A DNA stretch of 63,659 nt, filler included, from Dimargaris cristalligena (GCA_003614675.1; 13 parts of 13 records of this genome joined end to end with filler, not necessarily neighbours in it), one strand, 5' to 3'; positions 11,637-24,539 are shown, counted from the whole stretch's first letter. Numbers and translations are program-made. The notes: generated from the letters alone by a model not told the origin.

Positions 11637-12936
11637 ACTGACCAAACGTCACTACCTCCCATTTATCAATATTAGGGGATGGCTTAACTGAGCTTGTCTG
11701 GATCCAAATACCAATACTCCCGTGACTCCAGATAATAACCCACCCCCTATGTTTCGTACCATAGGGGATTCCAGATACATATCCCTAGATTCAGTCCCAA
11801 CTACGGGTTTACCAACTATACTATATATATTATACATATACCATACTATTCCAAAAGTAAATGTACCTCTAAAAAACACACCAGTGATCGCCCATGACTA
11901 TTTTGACTAGACCAGCTGGTACTCACTAATATCATCGCCTAATCTAAATGCTATAATAGAGCTTCTTCCTGCTACTTTCATACACATATGGAGGATGTTC
12001 ATTTATATTCCAGGTAAGTGCCAAATATGCTAAGTTGTGGCCGTGTAGGTTGTATTGAAGAATTACAATCGAATTATTGAAATATACAAGAATCAGGGAT
12101 GTCGGGGAAATAATAGCAAATAATAAATGGTGGGAGTGGGTTTTTAGAGCCTGGGTAAACCATTCGGGAAATATGAAGTGAAGGGAGGGGGACTAAGCGT
12201 GTGATATTTTGGGGGAAATTGGTGATAGGAGTTGTGGAATTAATTTAGAGACGCCACTGGCAGTACCCTGGATAAGTGAACATTATTCCACCGGCATATC
12301 CTAAATCCACATCTGGAAACTAAACATTCCCCACGAAGATATTGAAACTACACAAATGGGTATATATAAATGCGCATTGAGATGTTCAAGTGTGGGATGG
12401 GAAACCAGAAATAGAAATAGAAATTACAAGGGAGCGAGGTTTGAGGAAGAGCAGTGTGAATATATAAGCAGGGAAGGTGTCATCAATTAGAGGGTTCGCA
12501 ATATCAAAGCAAGCGCCATAAACGCTAAATTAAACCCGATGTAGAAGGGAAGTGATGATACCAAGAGACAGAGAGAGAATGTGACAACTACTGATACATA
12601 AATAACACGAATAATTATCAGCTTCGCTCGGAAACGTCGTTGTAACACAGAATGGTGGAAATGCGTAAATGATGGGAGAGGCGATGTAATAGGGCGGGAT
12701 AATACATTGGTTCCGCGATGCATTGTAGCGTAGTGAGTAACCAGACTGACAAACTGAAACGTAGGTAGGACCCTTGTTCTCTAAACGTAAATCATGGCGG
12801 CAGATATTACAAAAAAGGCAATCTGAGGCAAGACCAAATGGGTGCAGACCGCCATTCACATACTAACAACAGAAAAATAAACACACCTACAGTAGGCCTG
12901 GGGGAAAGTTAGGGTAAAGATTAACGAACCGAGTGG

Positions 12937-14656
12937 CTAATCCGCGAGATCCTCCCGCACTATGGGCAAAGCGGTTGAGGATGGGTTGGTGGTGGGGGCA
13001 GGTCGCCGATCGTTAAGGCTGAGCCCCCCTGTACGGGAACTAGTCATGGTATCCACACCATTAGGGTAACCACCGTTGGCTAGTCCCGGTGAGAAATCAG
13101 GCACCCCGGTCGAGCTAGGAGTTGGCAAAGTCGGGGTAGTGGTATAGGCTGGGGTGGGGAGAGGATGTTTGTAAAGCATGCTGTCGAAGTACGACCGAGG
13201 CTGGGATGAGCCTCCATCCGGTCCCGAAACCGCACCCTGATGCAAATCAGGTAACACGGGGCTGTAGTTGCTGTGACTGGCACCCGACAGTCGGCTATTG
13301 GCCCGACTGGCCCAGGACAGGCGGGGGCTCATGATGGCCGTCGAATCGGACGATTGGGACGCGCGACGGTTTGTACCGGGGTAGAGCATAATGGATAAGG
13401 AACCAATATTATCGTTAAGAAGTCCGCGCACCGACTCAGGGGTCAGCGGGTTCTGCTGCAGCTCGTCGGCAATTTCTTCGTTCTCGGACCCACTTAGCTC
13501 CGCACCCGATCGATCCCCAGAGGAGCTGGACACGGGCGAGGGCTGAAAGTAGGCCCCTCGACTACCTCCTGATCCCACAGCCGTGTCGCCAGCCACGGTG
13601 TGCGAAAGATTGCGGGTCGAGCTATACTGAATTCGACCTACGGCTGCCTTCAGAGCTGACATCCATTGCTTCATGTCCTCTTTGCCCTCGGCCTGGATGA
13701 ACCACGTTCCGATGTTGAGCGATGTAACCTCCAGGACCCATCGTCTGCCGGGGAAGGCGTCAGAGACACACACAATGCTCTCGGGCGTCAGTCCTAGGGT
13801 TTCGCTAGACAGGGAGTCCGGTGTACCGGATTTGAATCGGTACAGGGCCGACCCACAGAGGACGAAGAAGCGCCGCCTCCACGACTTGCGTGCGAAAATG
13901 GCCGAGTGGGTCACGGTCAATTTATTGAGCCAGCCCTTGTGAGCACAGCTCAAAGTTACGTCCCGTAGGGTGACCTGGTGCTCCAGGGCATGGTCGCTGG
14001 AGGAAGAGGTCTGGCGGACCATGGTGTGGCCACCCAAGTTGTTCTCGGATAGGGAGGCCGTCTCTGCGGAATGAACAGAGCCAGTCTGACTCAACAAGGA
14101 GGGGAGAATAGATTTACGAGATCGGATGGAAGACATGGTAGGCTCCCGACTCAGACCGGTATTACGGAAAGTAGGGGAAGCGTCCGAGTTGGTGGGAGAG
14201 ACCAATCGGGGATCTGAAGTGAGGGTATTTGACTTGCGAAGAAGCGAAAAAAGGTTCTTATCCGATTTCCGGGTCATGGGGTTACCGGTAAGGGGGGGAG
14301 TGGCTATTCCATTTCCATTATCGTTCACGATGGAGGGATTGCTAGAATTCACCATAAAACCATAGGCAGAGGGCGGAGGGGAAGCGAGCGAGGTAAGGGA
14401 TTCGGAGGGGTGGGTAGGCATTTCACCGATCAGGGATGTAGTAGAAGACTGGTTACTAGAGGGCGGGGGAACAACCGAGGGAAGCTTCCGGAAGCGCATA
14501 TTGGAAGGTTGGCGGGGAAGCAATGGCTGGGGGTTTAAATTAACGGACGGTGCGCGGGCCAATGCCTCGGCCAGTTCGGGGGGAATGGTTGGAAGGGGGG
14601 CCCCGGCGGTAGCTACTTTACGTGTATCGCGGTCAGGCATGGGCACCTGGGTCAGG
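12937..14656 (-). CDS. PH-domain protein, 5' truncated
   Basis: HKGWLNKL...KSWRRRFFVLCGSALYRFK...WFIQAEGKEDMKQWMSAL embedded in Ser/Pro-rich sequence. Confidence 0.85.
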
Positions 14657-14756
14657 NNNNNNNNNNNNNNNNNNNNNNNNNNNNNNNNNNNNNNNNNNNN
14701 TTAATTAATTAANNNNNNNNNNNNNNNNNNNNNNNNNNNNNNNNNNNNNNNNNNNN

Positions 14757-16319
14757 GGCAGAGGTGATAAGTCCCAAATCCGGAGGGACCGGTCGCGGTC
14801 AATGGCGACCAGGCACTGGTCCCGGGTCGAGGGGCCGGGTGGGGCGGTTAGGCAACTAGCCAGGACGGTGGGGGCCCGGGCTTCCATGGAGTCCGTGCTA
14901 TCAGTCAAGGAGTCGTCCAGTGGCGGTGGGACGGGGCCGCCGGCGTGCCAGAGGGCCGGGCGAACCCGGCGGGAGGGCCGAGCCGGGACGGGCAGGGTGA
15001 CAATGTAGGCCAGGGTCAGAATATCAAACACCCGCACCAAGCCTCCCGCGCCGCTGCAAAACAGATAGCGGTCGTTAGCCACCAGGGAGGTGGCCCGCGG
15101 AATCCGGGTATCCACCCACTTATTGAGGGTGCGCTGGGCCTGGCCGAATAAGCATAGCACGCCGCTGCCGGTAAGGGCGTAGACACAGGGTACGCCCCGA
15201 CCAACATCCCCTTCCGACCCGCTGTCCGACCGCCCCGAGGAGCCGGGTCGGGACTTGCGCAGGGTCGGTGGGGCTGGCCCCTGGGGCGGTTCGCGGAGAC
15301 CGGGCGGGGCATCGTGAGGGGTGGCTGGCTGATCCAGAACCACCACTTCGACAAAGGTATTGTTGCGCTGGTCCCCCAGGATGCCCGACCGGCCCTCCAC
15401 AATGGCCACCTGATCGAGCGTTTTAGAAGAGGCGCCGTCGCGGTCCTTGAAGTACCAGAATTTGACGTGACGGATACCGACGGTGACGAAGAAGGAGCCA
15501 TCGGGAGCAAAGGCCAGGCTATGGATCTTGGTGGTGGCCCGGTTGGACCCCACCTTCTCGCCGGTCCGCCAGTCCCACACGTTAATAAACCCGTCGTGGT
15601 GCTTCCCGACGGAGACCACGTGGCAGAGATCGGGGGAAAAGCGCACGGCCACGACGCCGAATTTATGGCCCAGCAGCTCGGCCAGGATGGAGCCGGTCCG
15701 CCAGTCAAACACGAGCACGCGGGGCTGGTGGCCCGTCTCCCCCAGGACCATATACTGGCCGTCAGGGGAAAAGGCGATGCAGGAGACGGTCTTGGGGGGA
15801 ATAGGGCGCCAAGTGGCCTTGGTCGAGTCGGGAAAATGGGCGGACAGGTCCGTCGGGAAGTGGCCGCCAAGCTGGGGGGATAGAAAAGGCAGGGGATTGG
15901 CCATGGCCGGCTGGAGAGACGCCGCGGCCTGGTGACGACGCTGGACCAGTTCCTGGACCGAGTAGCGCGTACGGTCAGCGCACAGGAAGCCGAGCTGGTG
16001 GTTGGCCACATGGTCGTATATGACCACGGTACAGCCGGCGGTGTAGGCGATGACCTGGGCCAGGAAGGGGTGGGCGGCACACTGGCTAGAGCGGGTAGTG
16101 GTCAACCCGACTAGCTGCTCCAGACGGAGCTATTGCAAGAGGGATAGGCAAAGCAGTGGGAAGTTACCGTTAGGGACGTAGTAGTGGGGCAATGAGGTTA
16201 GAGGGTTAGGCCGTTGCGAACCACGGGATCGTATGGCGTTAGCAGGGGGGGTCAGGGCATAAACTTACGGAAGCCGTTGGTGCAGCGTCCTTTTTGGTGC
16301 GACGGCGAGTAAAGCTCAT
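14757..16319 (-). CDS. WD40 protein, MAPKBP1/WDR62-like, 3' truncated; exon 1 16319-16269, exon 2 from 16129
   Basis: LRLEQLVGLT..., IAYTAGCTVVIYD, IAFSPDGQYMVLGETGHQPRVLVFD, GHKFGVVAVRFSP, VSVGKHHDGFINVWDWR, FVTVGIRHVKFWY. Confidence 0.85.
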
Positions 16320-18892
16320 GGGTGAATTGTAGCATAGAGACCCCGAAGCGTCTACCTGGGCAATGGACGGGAATGGGCTTGAAGGAAAATAAAATTGAAT
16401 AACATAAAGAAAGGAAAGGGAAGTAATAAATAAATAAATAAATATAAACTGAGGGGCTGCCTATACTGCGCAACACAATAGCTTAGTAGGGCTGGTTTCC
16501 AGGGCCTATAGTCAACAGAGCGGCAAGCCATTCTATCCATTCACTGAGGAATAGGTGGGTGAGTAAGAGAATGCGGCCGCACCGCCTAAGCATCTAAAGC
16601 AGCAGCAGCCGCTATTAAATATAACCTGCCAGGGCTTTTCCAAGAGTCGGACTGCCGAATTGAGTGACGCAAATCCTTTTTTCTTCTTCACCCTCGCCTC
16701 ATTAATAAAAGAGGAAGAGAGGGACACACATAGTGACGAATCGGCTGGCGGGGTTTGCTCTCATCTAGTCCACTGTGGAGCGAATGATACTATAAATACA
16801 CCCAATAGCTTCCATATATTATGATCACCCTACTTAATTAGCCAAGTAGTCCTTGGCGGCGTGGAACAAATGACCAGCCCGACTTTAGGGTTAGGGTATA
16901 GAAACAAATGAGACAACGTGGTTTGATGTTGCGTGCAAACAACTGGCAACAACTGCTTTCGGTATAAAACATTTAATCACACGATGGCAGGAAATTATAC
17001 AACCCATTTGCTTCGCATTACTCGGCAGGGGAGTTCTAATAACGATCGTTTAATGCCATTATCTCGAGTAGGTCGCGCCAGGAAGCTGATAATGGGCTGG
17101 CCGAAAGCAGTCGAGGATATTGGGCAAGAGAAACTGCAGGAGTTATTGATAAAGCACGCCTCATGCACGATGAAGCAAAGCCGCCCTATGGGACTCTCCC
17201 AATCGCGAAAGGGCCTGTTGCCAAAATGGTATTAATAAGGGCATCCCCCTTATTCATTTGAATTACAAACTACCTCCCCTCTATAACCCGGCACTGTAAT
17301 TTTAGGCGGGCTGCGTCTTAGATTGGCACTAGGGGCTGCTGGTGGTGAAGCATCAAGCACCCGTTACTCTAAAGCAGTACGCTGGCTAAGCGGAGTATAG
17401 AAGAATGTCCCAAGAATGGGTTGGGATTGTTAACCATGGGGTAGTCCGTGAATCCAGGCGACTGTAGGCATTACGTGGGCTTTACTCACACTAAATAAAT
17501 TTAACGTGTCTTTAAGCAACCTAGCTATTAGAAGATTACACTCTCCAGGCCGAGAATCCATACCCCCCTCATCTGCTTTAATTATCCTATGCCGAGCCAT
17601 TCCATTACACCCGAGCTCCTTTAATCTGACCAGTCCACGTGATTCGGCTAGAGGGTTAGTTTGGCTACTGCGATACCTGAGGTTTGGGGATGCGCTCCGA
17701 TTGGACACGGTCCCCGCGCTCCTCTAATAAAAAAGCACCCCTTAGAGGATTAGAATCATTCGTGGCGACGAGTTAGTTAGGGTTAGTTAGAGATGCCCTT
17801 TTTTTCAGACGGGCCCTTCGTCGACCTACTGCCTGGTCGTCAATTCCACACCCACACATTCCTGTATATAATAACCTAGTCCGGTGGTCGATTCCACTAG
17901 ACACTCCCCCCTCCTCGGTCGTTGTAACCGAGAAGGTGCATCCCCAGCGGACTCGAATTGCCGATTCAACCCCGCCAAAGTGGGCGGGCGCTCTTGGACC
18001 AATCCCAGCCCATAAAATAGCGCCGCAATCGTTCTTTAATTTCCGTTTCAATCTAGTACAGCGTCCGCCCGTTACCTCATTTCCTGGGATAAGGAAAGCG
18101 ATGTTGATGGGAATCCAGGCTATTTAGGAATAGGTTGCCTATCAGATATGCCCCCGCCAACAACAACAACCCACTGCGCTCATGCCAAACAAACCAACCC
18201 AGGCATTTCTAAATGGGGCGATATCCCCGTCGTTCTTCCAAAATGTTTCGCCCGACTGTCTAACTCGCCGCAATTCAATCCGACCTCCAGTCCGTCCGAA
18301 CCGCATAGCCGAGTGATCCCAGCCCCAGCCGCATTCCTTTGGCCCAGTTAGGGCTATCACTTCAAAACGTACAGCGGGCTCACTGGCCCCAGTCCATGGC
18401 AAATCGCGCCAAGACGGGAACTGTACTGGCAGGTCCGCATGGCAACGCATCACTCTCCTCCTGCAAACCCTTCGCAGTCCCGCTCAGGTGTGGGGCGGTA
18501 GCCCAGATGCGAGGCCGTCCCGGCCAACACTGGAGGTGGTCAATAGGCAGCTCACCTGGTTCTCGTACAACACAACGGGGTTCTCAATTAAGACCCCCCC
18601 TGGGCGTTGTGCGTCTTTTATATCTCGCCCATTATATTACCTGGCCCCTCCATCACTAGCCCTCCTCCCATTGCTACTTTTTTCACGCTCGCCGTGTTGG
18701 TTGCTAATTCCCCTCTACCCAAGTGTCTTGATAGTAGACCGCCAATAGGGGTGGCATTTTTACCCGCTCCCCACAATCACACACCTCCCCCCACCTTTTC
18801 CGCCCAGCTCGCCTTGTCCATTCGGCTCGTCTCTTCCCCGGCCCGCCGATTCCCCGTGCGCCCTTCCCCCTCCTCGACTCTAGTTTTGCACC

Positions 18893-19599
18893 ATGGTCCA
18901 GGACGAACCCCCCGCCCAGCCGAACCCAGCCGATGCCGACCCCTCCCACATTCGTTTCCGAAAGGTCGGTCACCGCTCCTTACGGGAGCAGGACCCGGCC
19001 AAGCGAAGCCGGGTCCAGGGCCTAGTGGAGGAAGACGCTCTTATGCAAAGTCAGCGACCCCGCTCGTTCGGGGACACCACCCCGCCCTCCGAACCTAGTC
19101 TGCTGGACGTGCCCACGGGCCTGCACCGCCGGTCCCGCGTCCGGACCGCCTCGCTGGATAGCCCTGCCGGCGAGGGCCAGGACCCCATGCAATCTTACGG
19201 CACCTTTCACGGCCGCCACACCTCCCCCCAGTACCCCAGTCTTGTGCGGCGCCGCGCCCTGCGCACCATCCGCTCTTCGGTCACTCTGGATATGCCCGAC
19301 GGCGCGCGGGACCCCGCCGTTGACTCCGGCCTTGCCGAGACCCCCGGGGCGGACAACCCGGAGGGCAGTCGGGCCATGTCCGTGTTCGACACCTACCCGC
19401 GCGATGACTTTACCCCCTTCGAGGCCTTTTCCACCGACCAGAGCTACCGGGCCGCCCGCGAGGCCACCCGCCGCCAAGCCTCCCACGTGGGCATGGCCCC
19501 GGCTCTCCGGCAGCGCCTGGCCTTCTACATTGACACCTCCCGCGTCGGCCGTATCTGGGACCTGGTGGATGCCCTCATTAACCTCATTTTTGTCATGGT
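18893..19599 (+). CDS. N-terminus of a probable ion channel (BK/Slo-like K+ channel), 3' truncated
   Basis: Disordered N-terminus, then RQRLAFYIDTSRVGRIWDLVDALINLIFVM at the first transmembrane segment; pore is not in the window. Confidence 0.5.
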
Positions 19600-19699
19600 N
19601 NNNNNNNNNNNNNNNNNNNNNNNNNNNNNNNNNNNNNNNNNNNTTAATTAATTAANNNNNNNNNNNNNNNNNNNNNNNNNNNNNNNNNNNNNNNNNNNN

Positions 19700-20048
19700 T
19701 CCACCTTATTGTTAGCCATTATGTAGTTCCCCCTTCAGGACCTCCCCTTTGGAGGCACCCTCAGCGTATATATAACCGGGCTCCCCTTTGGGACCGGTTC
19801 ACCTCAGCTTATTCTTACCCCCGTAGTTTACCCCAATAAACTCTATATACGCTCACCCCCTAGTACTGACCAGTAAGTGTGCATCTAGTGCACGGACCTC
19901 ACCTACGTCCTACGCTTGCTTTATTCGGTTAGTCTTGTCGCCATCCCTAACACTAGTAGCCCGCTTGGCCGTGTCCAACGCCCCGCCTACTGTTAGAAGC
20001 CTACCCCCGAGACTCTTGACGGACTAAGAGTGGTTAACTTGGGCGACA
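19700..20048 (+). mobile_element. LTR family A, least mutated (CpG-rich) copy, cut by contig edge
   Basis: TATATATAA, AATAAA and terminal ...GGGCGACA; homologous to 33880-34213 and to the reverse copies. Confidence 0.85.
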
Positions 20049-20073
20049 GTCGGTAAATATTCTGGTAGTAATT

Positions 20074-20225
20074 TATGTAGGTGAAATGTGACCCAGCGGT
20101 AAAAAGTTGTAAGTATTACGTGTATGGAACAATAGGTGGGATATCTATTATTATTTTATACCAGTGGTCTTAACCCTATCTAATAGATTTTTCACATCAC
20201 TGCCTGGTTGAACCTTGCCTATATA
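20074..20225 (-). mobile_element. ~150-bp MITE-like element
   Basis: Imperfect terminal inverted repeats (TAGGTGAAAT...AACCTTGCCTA) in TA context; reverse complement aligns with 27513-27656. Confidence 0.75.
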
Positions 20226-20410
20226 AACACAGCATATATCCTATCCTTGGTAGTCATTACTTTTTGTTCTACATGCTAGGTATGCATTTCCAAAACCCTA
20301 CCCTTACCAGCATTTTCATATAGTATCTACCTACATGGTGATCTGTCTCTCTCCATATCTTTCTCTCTCCAAAACTTTATCCCCCTCCCTCACTTCCACC
20401 CTTGCCCAAT

Positions 20411-20618
20411 GGCCATATTCAGGCCTTCACCTGCACCAATGCAGGCAATTATCCTACTTAGTCACCCCCAACAGGGTGACTCACAGTATCCCTCATTTAT
20501 TTTGAGGGATTACATAGTCCACGACCCCCGGGCTGAGCTCACAGGTGCCGACCGGGGTCAAGCAAATCAACCAGCCTCCAGCTAAATCAAAGCTGGGAGG
20601 TGCCTGCCAAAGTGCAGG
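20411..20618. ncRNA. Candidate structured RNA element of seven hairpins, copy 1, family unknown
   Basis: Seven consecutive stem-loops; about 19 differences in 208 nt from copy 2, mostly in loops, linkers or CpG sites. Confidence 0.5.
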
Positions 20619-22485
20619 TTAAATGTATTATTATTGACTAATAAATATTTTTTTATAGTTTTGTAGATTTCGTTTTTAGTATTTTACTGGATGTAGCGCC
20701 CTTTTTATAATAATGTTTTCAGTTCAATCAATAAACCTCATCTATATTCTGATGTGTGTTTATTTAGAATTAAGTCTAGGATAAAGGTCGGTAACAAGGC
20801 AACTGGGCTGAATTATTACATACACCTACCATAATGCCACCATGGAGGTGTGAGTAATGGGGGGGGGGGGGCTGTGGACATATGTCTTTGTTTGTTTCAA
20901 TGTAAATAATATAATTGGTTTACTGAAATAGCTGCACTAACAATTTAACCACTGAATAAGGCTATACATGTTAGTCTGGATGGTATATTCAGATTGTTGT
21001 AGACTGACCGTGCTCTCAATTAGTCACATTTAATCTGGCGACAATAACTGTAAATACACTCTCCATCAATCTGTGAACATCTTCATTTTGACCTTTGGGT
21101 ATAATAATAGTTTGGTAGTCCATTGAACACCACTTAGTTGATTTTACAACCCCACTGGTTTTCCAATATTACATCTATCCCGGTGGCTAAGGTAAACACA
21201 AGTTCCCTACCGGTGGCTGACACTAGCCTTGCCAATTATGACAAGGCAGTATCCTCACCAGAGAACAATTTAGCCAAGAATGCAACTAACCAGGGGGCCG
21301 ACCATTCAGACACCCCAGTCATTGAAGAATGATTAACTGGGCTGCATTTGGTGGGGAAACAATTACATACAGTTCTCTGGGTTACAAGGCTAGCATTTCA
21401 ACCTCTACGTGATAGATTTTATCTGACTATAAAGGGTACTCGGTCAGGGAACTGATATCCTCTTAGTTTACTAGCGTTTATGCCACTCATACCCTCCATT
21501 ACTTATTTCATACTATTCATTTCTAATAAAAACCACTCCTTTCATCTGCTAATATATCATAAGCATTTGGTATGCCTACCTCCGATTGACAAAAGATCCT
21601 AATGACTCTTACACTCATTTGTGCTGGTTCCCTTTTGAAGGTAAGTACCGTTATTTCTAGCTAGGAATCCATTCAATTTAAGGGAGGTCTAGTATGTATA
21701 TGAGAGAGGTTTCAATCTGGCTGTATACAATGAAAGATATGCTAGATGGGGCAGGTGTTGCTGAATAACAAATAATAATACCACATGTATTAAACTGTAC
21801 CTAAATATTACTCCGGGATACCACCAACCTATTATACCAATTTTATGAAAGTATGGTACAACTACCCAACTATAAACCATCCTGAACTGTAATTTCCACC
21901 CCCAATCGCCAGGGGCACCGCCACTAAAGTGCAATATTAATATATAAATGAAAACGGGCTTCAATTTATATGACTTATCCTAATAGTAACTTGAATGGTC
22001 ATCAGTAATTCCCGGCCTGTCTATTGTTATTATCCAGTACCGAAGGACAGGAAGCTTGGTGCTTCTCATTAGGGGCGCAGCATTTGACCATGGCTACGGC
22101 TATGCTACGACTAGACTGTGAACATTTGCTCGATGGTTAAGCAGGTCCGGTGGGGTTTAACGGGAGGCATCGGCAATGTATTACAATGACTGACAGGTGG
22201 ATTCATCTTCCCCAAATGAGGGCTCCAGCGGGATACAATAAGGAGCCTAACTGGAATGGCCGGTCTGATCCTCCTCGGGTGAAACCAGGCCTGGAAGTTC
22301 AGAGAACGTTGCAGCATTGTTGTCAAGGCAGTCCTATTTTTTTAGAGAAGCCTCTTGCCAAAAGCCTCGGTCATAACCCTGTGTCCCAAGATTAGGCGCC
22401 GCCGGTAAAAATAACTCATACCGTTAAACCAGATAATAACGCCTAACCATAGTATAATAGCTATTGTAATGCAGATTCGTCAGCT

Positions 22486-22635
22486 GAACATGGCAGAAGT
22501 TCATCCAGGCTGTATAACGAATAATCCATTTGATGAGGTAAATATTACTGGTCAAAAGTTATTATCCCACATATTATCCTATACACATGTTGTGTAAAAT
22601 CTTATACAGTTGGGTTGAAGTTCACCCACATGTTC
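22486..22635 (+). mobile_element. MITE copy
   Basis: GAACATGGCAGAAGTTCATCCAGGCTGTATAA...TTATACAGTTGGGTTGAAGTTCACCCACATGTTC terminal inverted repeats. Confidence 0.8.
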
Positions 22636-22835
22636 AGGAAGACATTCAAATAAGACAAAAAAGGGAATACTGGGGCTTGGTTGCCATTCCATGGCCGATT
22701 CCTAATATGCACCGCCTGATTAAGGTATTGTATCCCGATTAATTATTTCGGAATAGCCGCATGATTGAACCCCACTATGAAGAGATCGCTAGGTTCCTGC
22801 ATGGTATCTGGTTGGTAAATTTTTTGGTAGTAATT

Positions 22836-22987
22836 CATATAGGTGAAATGTGACCCAGCAGTATAAGGCTGTAAGTATTACGTGTATGGAACAATAGGTG
22901 GGATATCTATTATTATTTTTTACCAGTGGTCTTAACCCTATCTAATAGATTTTTTACACCGCTGCCTGGTTGAACCTCGCCTATATA
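22836..22987 (-). mobile_element. MITE copy within the duplicated unit
   Basis: Near-identical to 20074-20225. Confidence 0.75.
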
Positions 22988-23173
22988 AATACAGCTGAAT
23001 TCTATCATCGGTAGCCATCACTTATCGTTCTACATGTTAGGTATGCTTTTCCAAACACACTGATTCCTACCAACATTCTCTCATATCATCTACCTACACG
23101 GTGATCTGTTCCCCTCCCTCTTTTTCTCTCGTCATAACTTTGTCCCCCTCCCTCACTTCCACCCTTGCCCAAT

Positions 23174-23381
23174 GGCCATATTCAGGCCTTCGCCTGCACC
23201 AATGCAGGCAAGTATTCTATTTAGTCACCCCCAACAGGGTGACTTGCAGTATCCCTCGTTTATTTTGAGGGATTACATAGTCCATGACTCCCGGGCTGAG
23301 CTCACAGGTGCAGACCGGGGTCAAGCAAATCAACCAGCCTCCCCTTAGCCCGAATCTGGGAGGTGCCTGCCGAAGTGCAGG
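23174..23381. ncRNA. Candidate structured RNA element of seven hairpins, copy 2
   Basis: Same length and same stems as copy 1. Confidence 0.5.
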
Positions 23382-23750
23382 TTAAATGATTGGTGCTTCC
23401 ATAATAAATATTCATATTGTATTTATATTCATATATATTTGAATGAGGCTGGATGTAGCACCCATTTTATATTCTGATTTCTATACATTTTATAAACTGT
23501 TTCCAGAGTCCAGTATATTTTTCTTGAGAACCACGTCTAGGATAAAGACCAGTAATAAGCTGATTGGGTTGTATTGTTATGTAAAGATGTTAATGCTGCT
23601 GAGGTGATATGAAGAATGGGGTGGGGGCTGTAGAAGAATGTCTTTGTTTGCTTTGATGGAAATTACTATATTGGCCTGTTATTACAGCTGAAACGCCCAA
23701 TTAAACTATATATGGAAGTGGGGGTGGTATCTTAGGATTTTTATAGGTCT

Positions 23751-24125
23751 TGTAACGATATAGAGGTTTAGAGAGAACCCCACTTCGTTCAACGTCAATG
23801 TTGGTGTTAGGACGAAGATTTATTCAAAGTATAATAAAATAATAGGTAAAAAAGGAAATAAATGGAAGAACTAAAGCGGTAATGATGTAGAAATGTTGCG
23901 GGCTATGATGATTGTTCTTATTCAACGTCCACCGAGGACGTCCTTTTTAAAGCATTGACATGGTTGTTGGGGCTGGGATGTAAACGTGGCGTGTTGTAGT
24001 AAAGCCAGGATACCTTGGACGAATGTATGGTAGGAATGACTCAAACTACTGAGTGGTAATTTGAGAGGTGTGGAGGGACATTTGATAATATAATGTGCAT
24101 TAGACAAGGGACGTAAAACGTCACA
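23751..24125 (-). mobile_element. Solo LTR (375 bp) with 5-bp target-site duplication
   Basis: TGTAACG...CGTCACA termini flanked on both sides by GGTCT; absent from the paralogous site in copy 1 (~21000). Confidence 0.92.
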
Positions 24126-24455
24126 GGTCTATTGTATTTTTGATTAGTCTTATTAAAACTAGTTCCAGTAACTGCGCATACTCTATGCATCAACCTGTAC
24201 ACATCTTCTTTCTGACTTCCTAGTAATATTATAAGACTGCCATACCTTTAAAAAATTTCTCTTATCTGTACCTTCCCATTGGTTTTCCACTGTCTACCTT
24301 ACTAACGGGCATGCATTTATAGGGTTTTGATATGAGGTAGCAGGTTTTACATGGATATATTTATAACCCTATGGTTTTCTTTATTAATAGTTTTTGGCCT
24401 ATCAATATATTAAATACAATATAACCTGTAGATGTACCTCTCTCTGACTTATTGC

Positions 24456-24539
24456 ATATGGGAGAAGTTCATCCAAGTTGTATAACGAAAAATCCATTAG
24501 ATTCGGCCAATATTACTAGTTAAAAATACATTTCCCATA
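24456..24539 (+). mobile_element. MITE copy cut by contig end
   Basis: Almost identical to 27513-27594. Confidence 0.8.

Larger units (their letters stand above)
20051..24300. repeat. Direct duplication: ~20051-21180 versus ~22814-24300 (second copy interrupted by a solo LTR)
   Basis: Colinear MITE, pyrimidine tract, hairpin block and downstream anchors GGATGTAGC.CCC, TCTAGGATAAAG, TGTCTTTGTTTG, CATCAA.CTGT..ACATCTTC. Confidence 0.9.

Noticed and set aside
15016-16080. 354-aa overlapping ORF and the other antisense or alternate-frame ORFs over GC-rich genes
   Set aside because: Shadow ORFs produced by high GC3 codon usage; low-complexity Pro/Arg/Ser products with no motifs.
16884-17790. TTAGGG-like motifs (TTTAGGGTTAGGG, GTTAGGGTTAG)
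   Set aside because: At most two units and internal to a contig; not a telomere.
20411-20618. Hairpin block as a group I intron, HDV or hammerhead ribozyme, snRNA, SRP RNA or RNase P/MRP RNA
   Set aside because: Partial look-alikes exist (AATGCAGGCAA, CATAGTCC), but the order and pairings are not consistent in both copies, and I found no CUGANGA/GAAA core, SRP helix 8 or CR-I/CR-V motifs.
22000-22400. Minus-strand frame with six TAG/TAA stops and no TGA, a possible Gln-to-stop pseudogene
   Set aside because: No recognisable protein, and the stop density is close to random expectation.
20074-24539. Inverted MITE pairs as the ends of a composite transposon carrying the hairpin element
   Set aside because: Similarity between the duplicates extends beyond the left MITE, and the sequence next to the right MITEs differs, which favours a plain segmental duplication.
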